The position numbers and the translations under genes are program-made. A stretch of 64,000 nucleotides of DNA from contig NW_026515669.1 of assembly GCF_025526975.1 (NCBI RefSeq), positions 1,612,001 through 1,676,000 on the forward strand, in the 5' to 3' direction. Origin of the DNA: Fimicolochytrium jonesii (lineage: Eukaryota). The notes beneath the pieces are model-generated. The model ran no database searches and was not told the DNA's origin. It saw only the letters and a program-made list of their open reading frames with translations. Shown one piece after another: positions 9,915-20,916 of the stretch; within the stretch, counting starts at the first letter, position 1, and the number at the start of each line of letters is the position of its first letter.

Positions 9915-10897
9915 CTCATTCTGATTTGTATCTAATACCATAAACTCTACATATATACAGTATGTGTGTTTTTTTCGTACGCCGGTAGTAGTGTTTTTAC
10001 ACCTACAAGTCGTACATTTTACAGCAAAGAGAATAGATGGGGCACGGTGCCCAGGCACTTCCCGGTTTGACGTGCGGGGGACGAATTTCTCCCCAAAACC
10101 CATTGAGGGCTGACTAGTACAGCGTGGGGCGAAAATTGGTCCCCCGACGGCGTCGCGGAGAATAGATGTCAAGTTGCCAGTCACCAGTATCCCTCATATC
10201 GCCGCCATCTTTGGGTCGGATCGCGCACGGGGCTCTCGTAGCCCCTCATATTATCTCCCATATCATCAAATGCATCTCATTTACTATTTCGCCGAAGTCG
10301 GGTCTCGCCGTGCGCGATCCGGCGTCGTTGGGTCCAAAGATGTGCTGGATCATATGTATTTATTATCATTTATAATATACGTGTACGCGGTTTCGCCCGC
10401 GAAGGTCGCTCGCTAGCTCTCCCCCAAAAGGGGGGGAGCTCAGTGGAGCGATCAAACTCAGGCCTGCAATTGCTCCGCGTCTCTTATATAATTGACAGGC
10501 GAGCGGTGCATAATCAGCTCCGACCCATCTTTTCCCTTCATAATGGTTTGCTACATGCTAGATAGGTATGAGTTGCATGCAGAGCCTCCAAATATGCAGA
10601 CATTGTAATTCTGAGGTGACAGGTCACCTCAGATATATTGAAGATTGCCAAAAAGAACAAGAAAGGATGAAGCAGGTGGTGAGACCCCAGCAGACCGCAA
10701 AGCCTGATGTATCTTTTTCCTTGCGCCTGCGACGGTTATCAAATATCGATGCTTTCATGCGCGCCGATATCCAAAGACCGTATCCGCACTCAGCTGCCGA
10801 GCATCTGCCTCCCGGAAAACAATGTCGTTTACATCAACCTCCAGCTTTTCCTTCATCCGAGATATGTGAACCTTTGCGGACTGCTTATGCTCACGTA

Positions 10898-13272
10898 TCA
10901 GCTTTCGCTTCTCCTAATAACGGATAGAGGAGCATAATCAGTTACGCAGGTACAGCAGCGGCGCGGTAAAGAGGATGTATCCACCTCGGCATGAGCCTTC
11001 AAAATAAGATCCTCCTCTTTCTCAGTTTCCTTCAATCGCTCGGTCAAGATCTCCAGCTGATCCCGGTAGAACTTTTCTTTTGCTTGCTGCTTCTTCTTGA
11101 TCTCTGAGATGAGGGCTGATTCGGACTCCTTTTGCAGTTTACGACCCTCTATAATGGCTTCCCGCTGCTTTCGCTGATAGTCTTCGTACAGGAACTTCAC
11201 CAGCTGAAAGAAATGACGAACGAGGAGGGATTGGTGTGTGTTCCTATAGGCTTCCTCCATCTGAAGAAAGACGTTGTCGGATTTACCTGCTCATCCTTGT
11301 TCCGCAACTTGATATTGTACCGTTCAACGAGTTCTTCCGCTTCCCGCTTTTGCTTTTCCATCGCCGCCAAGCGTCGTCGTCGTTCTTGTTGTGCGGCTCT
11401 CCCCGATTGCAGGGTCGCATTCTCCTTATGTTGTTGCCGCTGAACTCACTGTAAGTACCGGGATGATCACCACATCTGTGGCCAAGAGCCCTCGCATACC
11501 CGTAAAAAGTCCGATGCAGTCGATTCCGCCAAGTGTTTCAAAGGCCGAAGCTCATCGATGGCCTGTCCTACGGCCGCTTGCTAGAAGGATACAGTCAGCA
11601 CCTTGCCACAACCTGTCTCGGCCCAGAAGACGAGCCAGTTCCCAACATACCTTCTTGACCTTCCTCTTCCATAGCCGGTCATCAAGCGCCTTCTCCCACG
11701 TTCCAAGCACATTATTCCGAGTTCGCTCCGAAATTGTGGTTGATGATGCAGCCGCTGGCAAAGTTTCCTCCACTTCGCGCTCGAACTGCTCGAGGTGTGC
11801 TTCTGCTGGCACAAATTCCTCTTTCGCATGATTCGAGCTTCGGCGGGGCGAGCTTCCATGAAAAGAGCTCATGTCCCCAGAGTCGTCGTGCCGATTCCGC
11901 ATTTTGGTTTTCACAGTAGGTTTTGGCGGTTCTCGTGATGTTTGGCCTTTTGTTTTCAGGGTCGGCTTTGGAGCGCGTACGTGTGATGCTGCCCGCAGCA
12001 TATTCAGTCTTCGCCTTTTCAAAGCCCTGGTATACGGTGTGTCTGTCGCCAGAAGTTTCAGCAGCGACTGTCCTTTCTGATAATAAGATTTTAGAGCTAA
12101 GACGAACTCATCCGCAGGAATCTCGACGCACAACGCACCGTTGGTGTAGCTTTGCGTCTGGTTCCGACAGGCTGCTCTCGATGTGATACTGAGGATTTCT
12201 CGCGTCGCAATGATGTGCCTAAGCTGGTGTTTGCATTTCGTGTGCGACCAGATGTACTCGTAGCCTCATTGCCTTGACTCTGAAGGTATTCCGAAATGTC
12301 GTCCGTCACTGTCGTCGCAATGTCTGTCGCGGAGCCTGCTCGCCGCCTTCGCTTTTTGGGTGGACTGTGAGATATCCCCGGGGGTGGTGGCGCGAGATCC
12401 TCGTCCGAGTCGAACTGACTCTCAGGTGCAACCTCCGAGATCCCCGATATGTCTAACTCATGCTCCAGAGTTTCCGCATAATGCCCCGAACTATTGGATG
12501 GTATCCCCGCCGGCTGATCATTTTCGTCATCGTCGTGGTCAAGATCATCAGTCTCAGGATCCGATCCCGGCGCGTCGTCAGTTTCATAGTCTTCCTCCGA
12601 CTCGAACGCCCCTTCAGAGTTCCCGGCCGCTTCCCTACTGAGGCCAGACCTATCTGCCGCTCGCTCGTTGAGGTTCTCGCTTCCACGCTCAACCACTCTG
12701 CCCAGCTCTCTGAAAATCTGTATCAAGTTGGCCACCGTAGCTGTGTCTCCTCTCACAACTTTGCTTGGTATGATGTGACTCAAGTCGGTCCGAAGAACAG
12801 TTTTGGACAGCTCGCCAATGACAAGTCGAACGTTGTGCAGACGGCCCTGTTCTGTTGACGCCGGTGGCCCGCGCAATAGTCCCGGTATGCGGACTTGGAA
12901 GAGACCTATTTGGAAGGACCGGTTTATCAGAAGGAGCCAGTCAATGGGCTCTGGAACTCGAAGGCCACACCTTCGTAAAGAGCAACCCATATAGCCGGAA
13001 CACACTCTTTCAAGGTCGCTACTGTGATGGGCACCCCGATTTGTGCCAAAAGCTTGCTGACTATGCCTGGTAGATCTGCAAAGGCGAGCGAAGTTAGCCA
13101 CAGGTAGTGCGATAGATAGCGGAGAGAACAACTCACCTTCTTCTGCCTGGCGATTTTCCGAGCTACCCTGCGTTGCTCTCACATTACGCCGCATTCTGCC
13201 CGTTCGACCCTGTCGGTCTTTGTTCTTTCGCACCAGAGTGCCTCCATGCGTTTTGAGGACCGTCTCGCACAC
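10898..13272 (-). CDS. Host multi-exon gene, CEP95-like centrosomal coiled-coil protein (DUF5745-like N-terminus); boundaries approximate
   Basis: Introns 13076-13136 (GTGAGT..GCTAAC..CAG) and 12906-12970 join LLAQIGVP..ECVPAIWVALYEG to HNVRLVIGELS..DLSHI..VVRGD..VANLIQIF; C-terminal coiled coil KFYRDQLEILTERL. Confidence 0.6.
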
Positions 13273-14089
13273 GACGCGACGTGAGTGAGCAAACGCTTTC
13301 AGCGGAGTTTAACGCTGAGTTCAACGGGTCGATAACTCCGAGGAACGCAAACTTCAATATTCAACGAGTCCTTTGTGTAAGGATAGTGCATGTAACGGGA
13401 AGCATCGTCTGCAGGAGGTTTTCCGCTCTCTCCCGCAAGTTCAAAGCTTTCGGCCACTCAGTGCGAGAGACCCCGACAGCTACTTATGAAGGCATCGGTA
13501 CTCGTGTTTGAAACAAAGATGGCTTCATGATGGCCAAAGCCGGCGTGGCCCGTGTACGCTTGCAATCTGATTATGGGAAGGAAGAAGTATCGGGCCCTCC
13601 TTCATCGGCCTCCATACAATCGCCCTACGTACAGTACGACCCCTAATCGCTACATATACAGGGCAGACTACATATACACATACAGTACATACATATATAC
13701 GCCGGCATCCCACAACACGTTCATATACACTGAGGGTATATGAACGTTTGATGACGCGTGTGACGGCGTCACATCTAGCTGTCACACTTAAGAGGTGTGA
13801 CATGGCGTCACATACCATCGAACGGCGAGGAACCACGTGCAGACGCGTCTTTGTCATATTAAATGGAATAAAACCCCAATAAGCGAAGATAACGCGCTGT
13901 CGCTTTTCGCTGTCAGTCCGCCGCTCCATCAGCCGCTTATCAGCCGCTCTCCATATCACGCCCCACCCACCCCCCGCTTTCCCCCAACACTTGCTTGCAT
14001 ATACTGTTGTTTTTCGCACCCCCATACCTTCTGTCCTTGGGAAATGCTTCAAACTGCGCCATTCATCCGTAGCGATCTTGCGAGCATGT

Positions 14090-14860
14090 CAAAACGGACA
14101 GAAGGGTCGTAGCGGTCTTGGGGCAGCACGTTTCGGCAGCAAGCACGTCAGAACATCAAAACGGACAGAAGGGAGGGTAGTAGTAAAGGGTAGTAGTATC
14201 TTTGCCTTGCCATCCTTTCGCACCCCACACCTTCTGTCCGGGGGAAAGGCTAGAATATGCACCATTCGTCAGTGGCAGTTTCGGCAGCACGTGAAAACGG
14301 ACAGAAGGGTCCGTCATATTACAGGAGTTCTGGAGAGGATTAGTCTCCCGTTTGTCAGAGAGGCACATAGCAAGGGCCGGAAAAGAAAAGGGTGAATGAA
14401 AGGTGAAAGGAGTGAAAGGTGCAGTGGAGAGAAAAGAAAAGGGTGAAAGGTGAAAAGAGTGAGAGGTGCGATGCGGTGGAGAGATAAATGAATTCCCCAT
14501 GTGAAAAGTGTAAGAGTGAAAGAAAGGTGTGGTGGAGAGATAAACCAATTTCCCCATGTGAAAGGTGCGGGTGCGGGGCTGAAATGAAATGGAATGAAAT
14601 GGAATGAAATGAAATATGTCCGGGTGAAAGGTGAAAAGAGTGTCCGGGTGACAGGTGAAAAGAGTGAAAGGTGCGGCGGAAATGTCACGCCTCACCCCCA
14701 AACCTTTCACATGGTGGAGAGATAAACGAATTCCACATGTGAAAGGTGTGGGGGTGAGGCGTGACATGTCCGGGTGAAAAAGTGAAAAGAGTCAAAGGTG
14801 CGGTGCGGTGGAGAGATAAACGAATTCCCCATGTGAAAGGTGTGGGGATGAGGCGTATGG
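14090..14860. repeat. Array of short dispersed and tandem repeats
   Basis: AAACGGACAGAAGGG x3, GTGGAGAGATAAA..AATT.C.CATGTGAAA x4, many GTGAAA(A)GG units and GAAAT/GGAAT repeats. Confidence 0.7.
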
Positions 14861-14982
14861 GGGATGGAGAATTGCAACTGGCCAGCGGGGGGGAGGGAGG
14901 GGGGGACATGATGCAGGCTGGCATATGATTGGAGGGGTACTCAAGCGTTCCTCTTCTGCCAACCACAACAACAACGCCTTCC

Positions 14983-14983
<1 letters not shown>

Positions 14984-15022
<39 letters not shown>

Positions 15023-15024
15023 CG
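14984..15024. repeat. (AAC)n microsatellite
   Basis: Direct reading of the AAC run. Confidence 0.9.
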
Positions 15025-15158
15025 ACAATAACTTCTTTTTAAAAACCCCTCTAAGGTTGGTACCTGCCTGTTTGGCCGCCCTCTTGATTAGCGGAGGTGT
15101 AGAGGTGAACTTACCGAAAACCTGCACTGCTTGATAGATACAACCTTCTCGTGTGAGT

Positions 15159-15388
15159 ATGTCATCCCTCGAAGAGAAGAAGGCCGCGCTCAAGGCCAAG
15201 AAGAAGGCGCTTGAGGGGGAGGAAGCAGAAATCCGACGGTTGGAGGAGGAGGCTGCAGCCGCAAGCAGCTCGAAGGGAAAGGGGCGAGCGCGGGAGGAGG
15301 AGGAGGAGAAGGAGGAGAAGGGGGCGAAGAAACCCCGTTTCGGCGAGGCTCAAGCCAAGCTTGGCAAGAAGCTGATGGACGACGCCGA
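15159..15388 (+). pseudogene. Charged low-complexity ORF start interrupted by a gypsy gag fragment
   Basis: MSSLEEKKAALKAKKK...; the sequence switches to antisense gag at about 15389. Confidence 0.3.
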
Positions 15389-15688
15389 TCGAGCAAACAT
15401 CAACCGGATGTTGTTCAACCACCCACGGAATTTGCTGCGGGTACCATCAAACTCCTCAGGCGAGCTGATTCTTGGCTCCAGAGCTCCGGGAGCAGGGTTG
15501 GTGACTTGAGGACGGGTGTACGCATCGGCTTGGACCTGGGCAGCAATGTTCTGGGCAGCTTGTGCGTCGGCTTGGGCTTGCGGTAGGTTGGCCTGCAAGT
15601 TGGCGTTTTGGCTTTGCAAGGCGGCAATGGCTTGGCACATATCGTTCCATTGCTCGGCGGTGAAAGGTACGGATTCGGATTGGGACAT
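15389..15688 (-). pseudogene. gag: Truncated gag of chromovirus family B
   Basis: MSQSESV...PEEFDGTRSKFRGWLNNIRLMFA; nearly identical to the gag starting at 28984. Confidence 0.85.
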
Positions 15689-15756
15689 GGCGAAAAGGTG
15701 TGGCAGATGCAGGGCTGGACGGGTTCTGAACTTCGCAGTGTTGGAGCAGATCAAAC

Positions 15757-16295
15757 TGTTATGATCTCGACGACGGGGGCGGAAGCGAAGTAGAGAAGAC
15801 AGGGTGAGTGTGATAGGCGACCAGAGGTTGTATTGGCGAAACAAGAAACAAGGACTAGAACAGGAGATGAGAAGAACTGGTGTTGATCTGCTGGGGAGGA
15901 AGGGAATGGACGAAGAGAGGCCGGCTATTTATAGATAGGCAACCCAGCAGATCAGAGAACAACAACAACAAGAGGGGACTGGGGGGGCGCCAGCTATGCT
16001 CCTAGAGCGTGCGTGGCGAGCGTAGAGAGCATTGCTACAGCTGCTGGCAATGGGGAAGTAGTGGGGGGTGTGGAGAAGCTGAGGGGGGATTGGCGAAATG
16101 AGAGGAGAGAGAAGGAGTGGCCATGTTGCAAGAGGATTGGCAAAATGAGAGGAGAGAGGGGGAGTGGCATTGACATTGTCATTGACACTGACATTGACAC
16201 TGACATTGACATTGACATTGGCGTTTGACATTTGGCGGTTGACATTGGTGGCTGTCAGTAGGTAAGCTTATGGTATGGGCGCGTCGTCCATAACA
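15757..16295 (-). repeat. LTR, family B (shared LTR in a tandem arrangement)
   Basis: TGTTATG...CATAACA termini; PPT/integrase on one side and leader/gag on the other; matches the LTRs at 20376, 29053 and 59565. Confidence 0.93.
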
Positions 16296-19200
16296 TCACC
16301 CCTCTCTTTAGCGGCGGCGGCGGCGGCGTCGAGTTTGGTGTGGCCGCAGAGGAGGTGCTACGGGGACAGAGGAAGGCTTGTTGGGGTACGCGCTGTGGAA
16401 GTCCTGGAGGAGTGCGTCGGTATGGGTGAGGTGTTCCACGGGCTCCCAGGTGTTCTCGGAGTCAGGCCAGCCCTGCCATTTGACCAAGTACTGAAGGCGA
16501 CGACAATGGATGCGAGAGTCAAGGATGGCTTCGACAACCCACTCTTCTTGACCCTCAACGGCCTCTGGGGACGCGGGTTCGGGTTTGTGTCGTTTGGGGA
16601 TGGTGAAGCGGGGTTCGAGGAGCGAGACATGGAAGACATTGTGGATTTTGTACGGAGGCAGGGGCTTGAGCCGGTAGGCGACTGCATTGATCTTTTCAAC
16701 GATGGGAAATGGCCCAATCTCGCGATGGTTGAGCTTCGGAGAGGGCCGGGTCGTCTGGAGGTTTTTTCGGAGGAGCCAGACGTGGTCGCCAGGCTTGAAG
16801 TTCCGGTCCAGGAATTCGTTTAGCGTCGGCGTAGCGCTTCATTTGATCTTGGGCTTCCTTGAGCTCGAGGGCGAGCTGTTCATGGACTTCCCTGATTTGT
16901 TTAGCGCGGGCTTCAGCGGCGGGGTTGACGGATTCGGAGGTAGCAGAGGCCGCGAAACTGAAGCGGGGGTGGAGACCCTTGTTGGCGTAGAAGGGGGTGG
17001 TCTGGGAGGCGGACTGGTGGGTGTTGTTGTAGGCGAACTCGGCGGACGACAGAAGCTGCTTTCCAGTTGTCCTGTTGGTGGTTGCAAAAGCATCGGAGAT
17101 ACTGCTCCAGGATCTGGTTGGTGCGTTCCGTCTGGCCATCGCTCTGGGGGTGGAAGGCCGAGGAGAGGTTGGCTTTTGCCCCAAGGAGTTCGAGAAGTCG
17201 ACGCCAGAACCGGGACTTAAGCTGGGGTCCTCGGTCAGAGATGACGTCGTCGGGGAGGCCGTGGAGACGGATGATGTTGTGGAAGACTAGGTCGGCGGTG
17301 GATTCGGCGGATTCTGACTTCGCTGCAGGCGATGAAGTGGGCCATCTTGGTGAGGCGACAGTTGACGTTCAGGATGGAGTCGTACCCGTCCACGGGAGGC
17401 AGGCCGGTAATAAAGTCCAGGGACCAAGATCCCCAAGGGCGGGTAGGGATACTGTTGGGCTGGAGTAGGCCATATGGTTTGTGTCGACTGGATTTCGCTT
17501 GGCTACAGGTATCGCAGGACTTGACGTAGGCCTTGACGAAGCGCCACTGGCTGGGCCACCAGTAGTTGCGGGAGGCGAGTTCGAGCGTCTTGGACATCCC
17601 AAAGTGGCCGACTAGGGGTGTATCGTGCATGTCGTGGCAGACTTCAGCTCGGAGCTCGTTGGTGGGGACATAGACCAGGTTATCGTGCAGCAGGATCCCA
17701 TCTTCATCTGAGAACCGCTTGATACGATCTTGGGTTTCCTCGGTTCGTTGGGCGAGGGGTATCTTGAGCTTTTCGCGAATGGTCTTAGCGAGGGGATCAG
17801 AGGCCTGGGCGGCCTTAATCTTGTCAAGCAGCGTGGTATCCATGGGTGTGAGGTAGGCCGCGGCGAGTCGAAGGCGTTCGGGAGTCAAAATTGTGGTTGC
17901 CTGGGAGCGGAACGCTTCTTCCCCCTCTTTTAGCTCATGTTCGGAGCGTCGGGAGAGGGCATCGGCTTGGTGCTGCTGGGAACCGGGGCGATAGGTAATG
18001 ACAAAGTCAAAATCCGAGAAGAATATCGACCAGCGGGCTTGGCGGCGGTTCAGGGTGCGGGTGGTCATGAAGTACTGAAGGTTTTTATGGTCGGAGTAAA
18101 CGGTGATCTTGTGACGGGCGCCAATGAGATGGTGTCGCCACTGGGCAAAGGAGTCTTGGATGGCCAGAAGTTCCTTGTCGTAGATCTCGTAGTTGATCTC
18201 TTCGGCCGTGAATTTGCGAGAGTGGAAGGCCACGGGGTGGAGCTGATTGTCCTGGTCAGGTTGGAGGAGAACTGCGCCAAGAGCGAAGTCGGAGGCGTCA
18301 GTTTCGACGACGAAGGGCTTCTCTGGGTCAGGGTGAGCAAGGATGGGGGCGGTGGTGAATGCTTTCTTCAGGTTCTCGAAGGCGGTGTTTGCGGCGGGTG
18401 TCCAGGCGTACGGGATGTCTTTCCGGGTCAGGGCTGTGAGCGGGGTAGCGATCTTGGAATAACCTTGGATGAATCGGCGATAGAAGTTGGCAAAGCCGAG
18501 GAACCGCTGGACGCCTTTGACAGTCTTGGGAGGTTCCCAATCCGTGATGGCAGCGATCTTCTTGGGGTCCATCTGGATGCCTTTCTCGGAGATGATGAAG
18601 CCTAGGAACTCAACGGATTCGCGGTTGAATTCGCACTTCTCTGGTTTGGCGTACAACCCATGCTGTCGGAGGCGGGACAAGGACTTGGCGGACATGTTTG
18701 GGGTGATCTTCGGGGTTCTTGGAGAATATCAGGATATCGTCGAAGGTAGACGACAACAAACACATCGAGAATGTCGCGGAAGATGTCGTTCATCAGGTAC
18801 TGGAAGACGCCAGGAGCATTGCTGAGTCCAAAGGGCATGACATTGTATTCGAATAGGCCGTAGCGGCAGCGGAAGGCGGTCTTCCATTCATCGCCCGGGC
18901 GCATGCGTAAGAGGTTATAAGCGCCGCGGAGGTCGATCTTGGTGAGACGGCGGGCAGCCGCGCAAACGATCCATGATACCGTTGATCAGGGGCAGGGGGT
19001 AGCGATTCTTCACCGTGATGCTGTTCAGGCCTCGATAATCCACGCAGAGGCGGAGAGAACCGTCCTTTTTCTTCACGAATAAGACTGGCGCACCGGCAGG
19101 GGACTTTGAGGGTTTGATGAATCCTTTGGCGAGGTTTTCTTCGAGGTATTCGCAGAGTGCCTTCATTTCTGGTTCGCTGAGGCTGTAGATCGGGCCGAAA

Positions 19201-20375
19201 GGTGGCTGCTTGCCTTCTTCCAGATCGATTGGACAGTCGTAGGGCCGGTGCTCGGGGAGAGTGTCAGCATTTCTCTTTTCGAAAACGTCGGCGAAGTCTT
19301 GATATTCGGGGGGCAGGAAGTCTTTGATGTCTTTCTTGGGTGTCGGGGGGTTACTGGGGCTAGGCGAGGCCGGGAGATCGTGTTTGGCAGGGTTGGCGTA
19401 GGCAACAAAGACCTGGTCATGCCTTGCTGCAACCTGGAAGGCTGGGGCGGAGATGAACGAGACTCGGAGCGGCATGGGAGCCGGTTCTGGGGTGCTGGAG
19501 CGAGATACCTTGGGTACTGGAATCGACCATGTTTCGTCGACGGGGACTTCATCCTGGGGGATGCGGATCAACGGCTCGGGGGTTCTGGCGGGTGCTGGGC
19601 TAGGGGGTGCTGGAGAGTTGTCCCAATTTGCGAATTCATGGTACTGACAGTCGCAACGGAAACCGACCGAAAAGTTCTTGAAGTCAAGGTTAATGTCGTG
19701 GAGGCAGAGCCACGGGAGACCAAGGAGGATTGGAGCATGGGGTGATTTGGTGACATGGAAGACGAGTTCTTCGAAGTGGTCGTCGACCCACATGCCTACT
19801 GGTTGGGTGTGATGGGTGATTGGCCCAGCAGAGCTGGGTTGACCGTCAACGAGTTTGATCGTCAGCGGACGCTGATGCTGGACTAGGGGGATGCGGTGCT
19901 TGCGGGCAAAGTCCGCGTCGATGAAGCAGGACAGGGCCCCGTTGTCGATCATGGCTGAGGTAGGTATCGGGGCACGGCTGGATGATACCATGATGCTAAC
20001 GGGGTAGTTGAAGGGTTCGGCAGGACCCAGCGCAAGCATGGCGCGTGGGTTAATTTCGGAGTTTTCGACATGGGCGGCGGCTAGGAGGGTTGTGTTGGCT
20101 ATAACGGAGTCGGGAACCAGGGGGGTGGCCTCTCCCGTTGCAGGAGCTGCGAGGTTAGGAGGCCCGGGGCGGTGTGTGTTGTCCAGTAGCTGGGGTTTTA
20201 CTGCGGCTGGACTTTGGGAAAACCCTGTTCGGTGGAGTGTTCTTTGATGTCGACGTTGGCGGCACGGGTGGTGGTCTTGTTCTTGACGGGGCAGGCCCTT
20301 GCAATGTGCCCCCTTCACCGCAGTAAAGGCAGAGGTTGTTGGAAATGCAGCGTTGGCGTTCCTGGGGGCTCAGAG
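16296..20375 (-). pseudogene. pol: Degenerate Ty3/gypsy chromovirus internal region (gag zinc knuckle, PR, RT, RH, IN, chromodomain), frameshifted
   Basis: ORFs 18915-20318, 18602-18904 and 17235-18695 carry [29 protein letters not shown]; integrase and chromodomain are split by frameshifts. Confidence 0.92.
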
Positions 20376-20916
20376 TGTAACAATCTCGACGACTGAGGCG
20401 GAAGCGAAGTAGAGAACACAAGGCGCGAGAGCAATGGGCGACAAGAGATTGTATTGGCAAAACAAGAGACAAGGACTAGAACAAGAGATGAGAAGAACTG
20501 GTGTTGATCTGCTGGGGAGGAAGGGAATGGACGAAGAGAGGCCGGCTATTTATAGATAGGCAACCCAGCAGGCCAGAGAACAACAACAACAAGAGGGGAC
20601 TGAAGGGGGCGCCAGCTATGCTCCTAGAGCGTGCGTGGCGAGCGTAGAGAGCATTGCTACGGCTGCTGGCTATGGAGAAGTAGTGGGGGATGTGGAGAAG
20701 CCGAGGGAAGATTGGTGAAGTGAGAGGAGAGAGGAGGAGTGGCCATATTGCGGGAGGATTGGCGAAATGAGAGGAGAGAGGGGGAGTGGCATTGACATTG
20801 ACATTGACACTGACATTGACACTGACATTGACATTGACATTGGCGTTTGACATTGGCGGTTGACATTGGCGGCTGTCAGTAGGTAAGCTTATGGTATGGG
20901 CGCGTCGTCCATAACA
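20376..20916 (-). repeat. LTR, family B (3' LTR; variant sequence)
   Basis: TG..CA termini, PPT at 20917 onward, abuts the gag zinc knuckle of the next copy. Confidence 0.9.

Noticed and set aside
10412..10442. GC hairpin as a Helitron 3' end or terminator
   Set aside because: Spacing to CTAG is atypical, and no Rep/helicase or matching 5' end was found.
16168..16230. (GACATT)n hexamer repeats and the NVNV/CQCQ ORFs
   Set aside because: Internal LTR microsatellite; the ORFs are artefacts.
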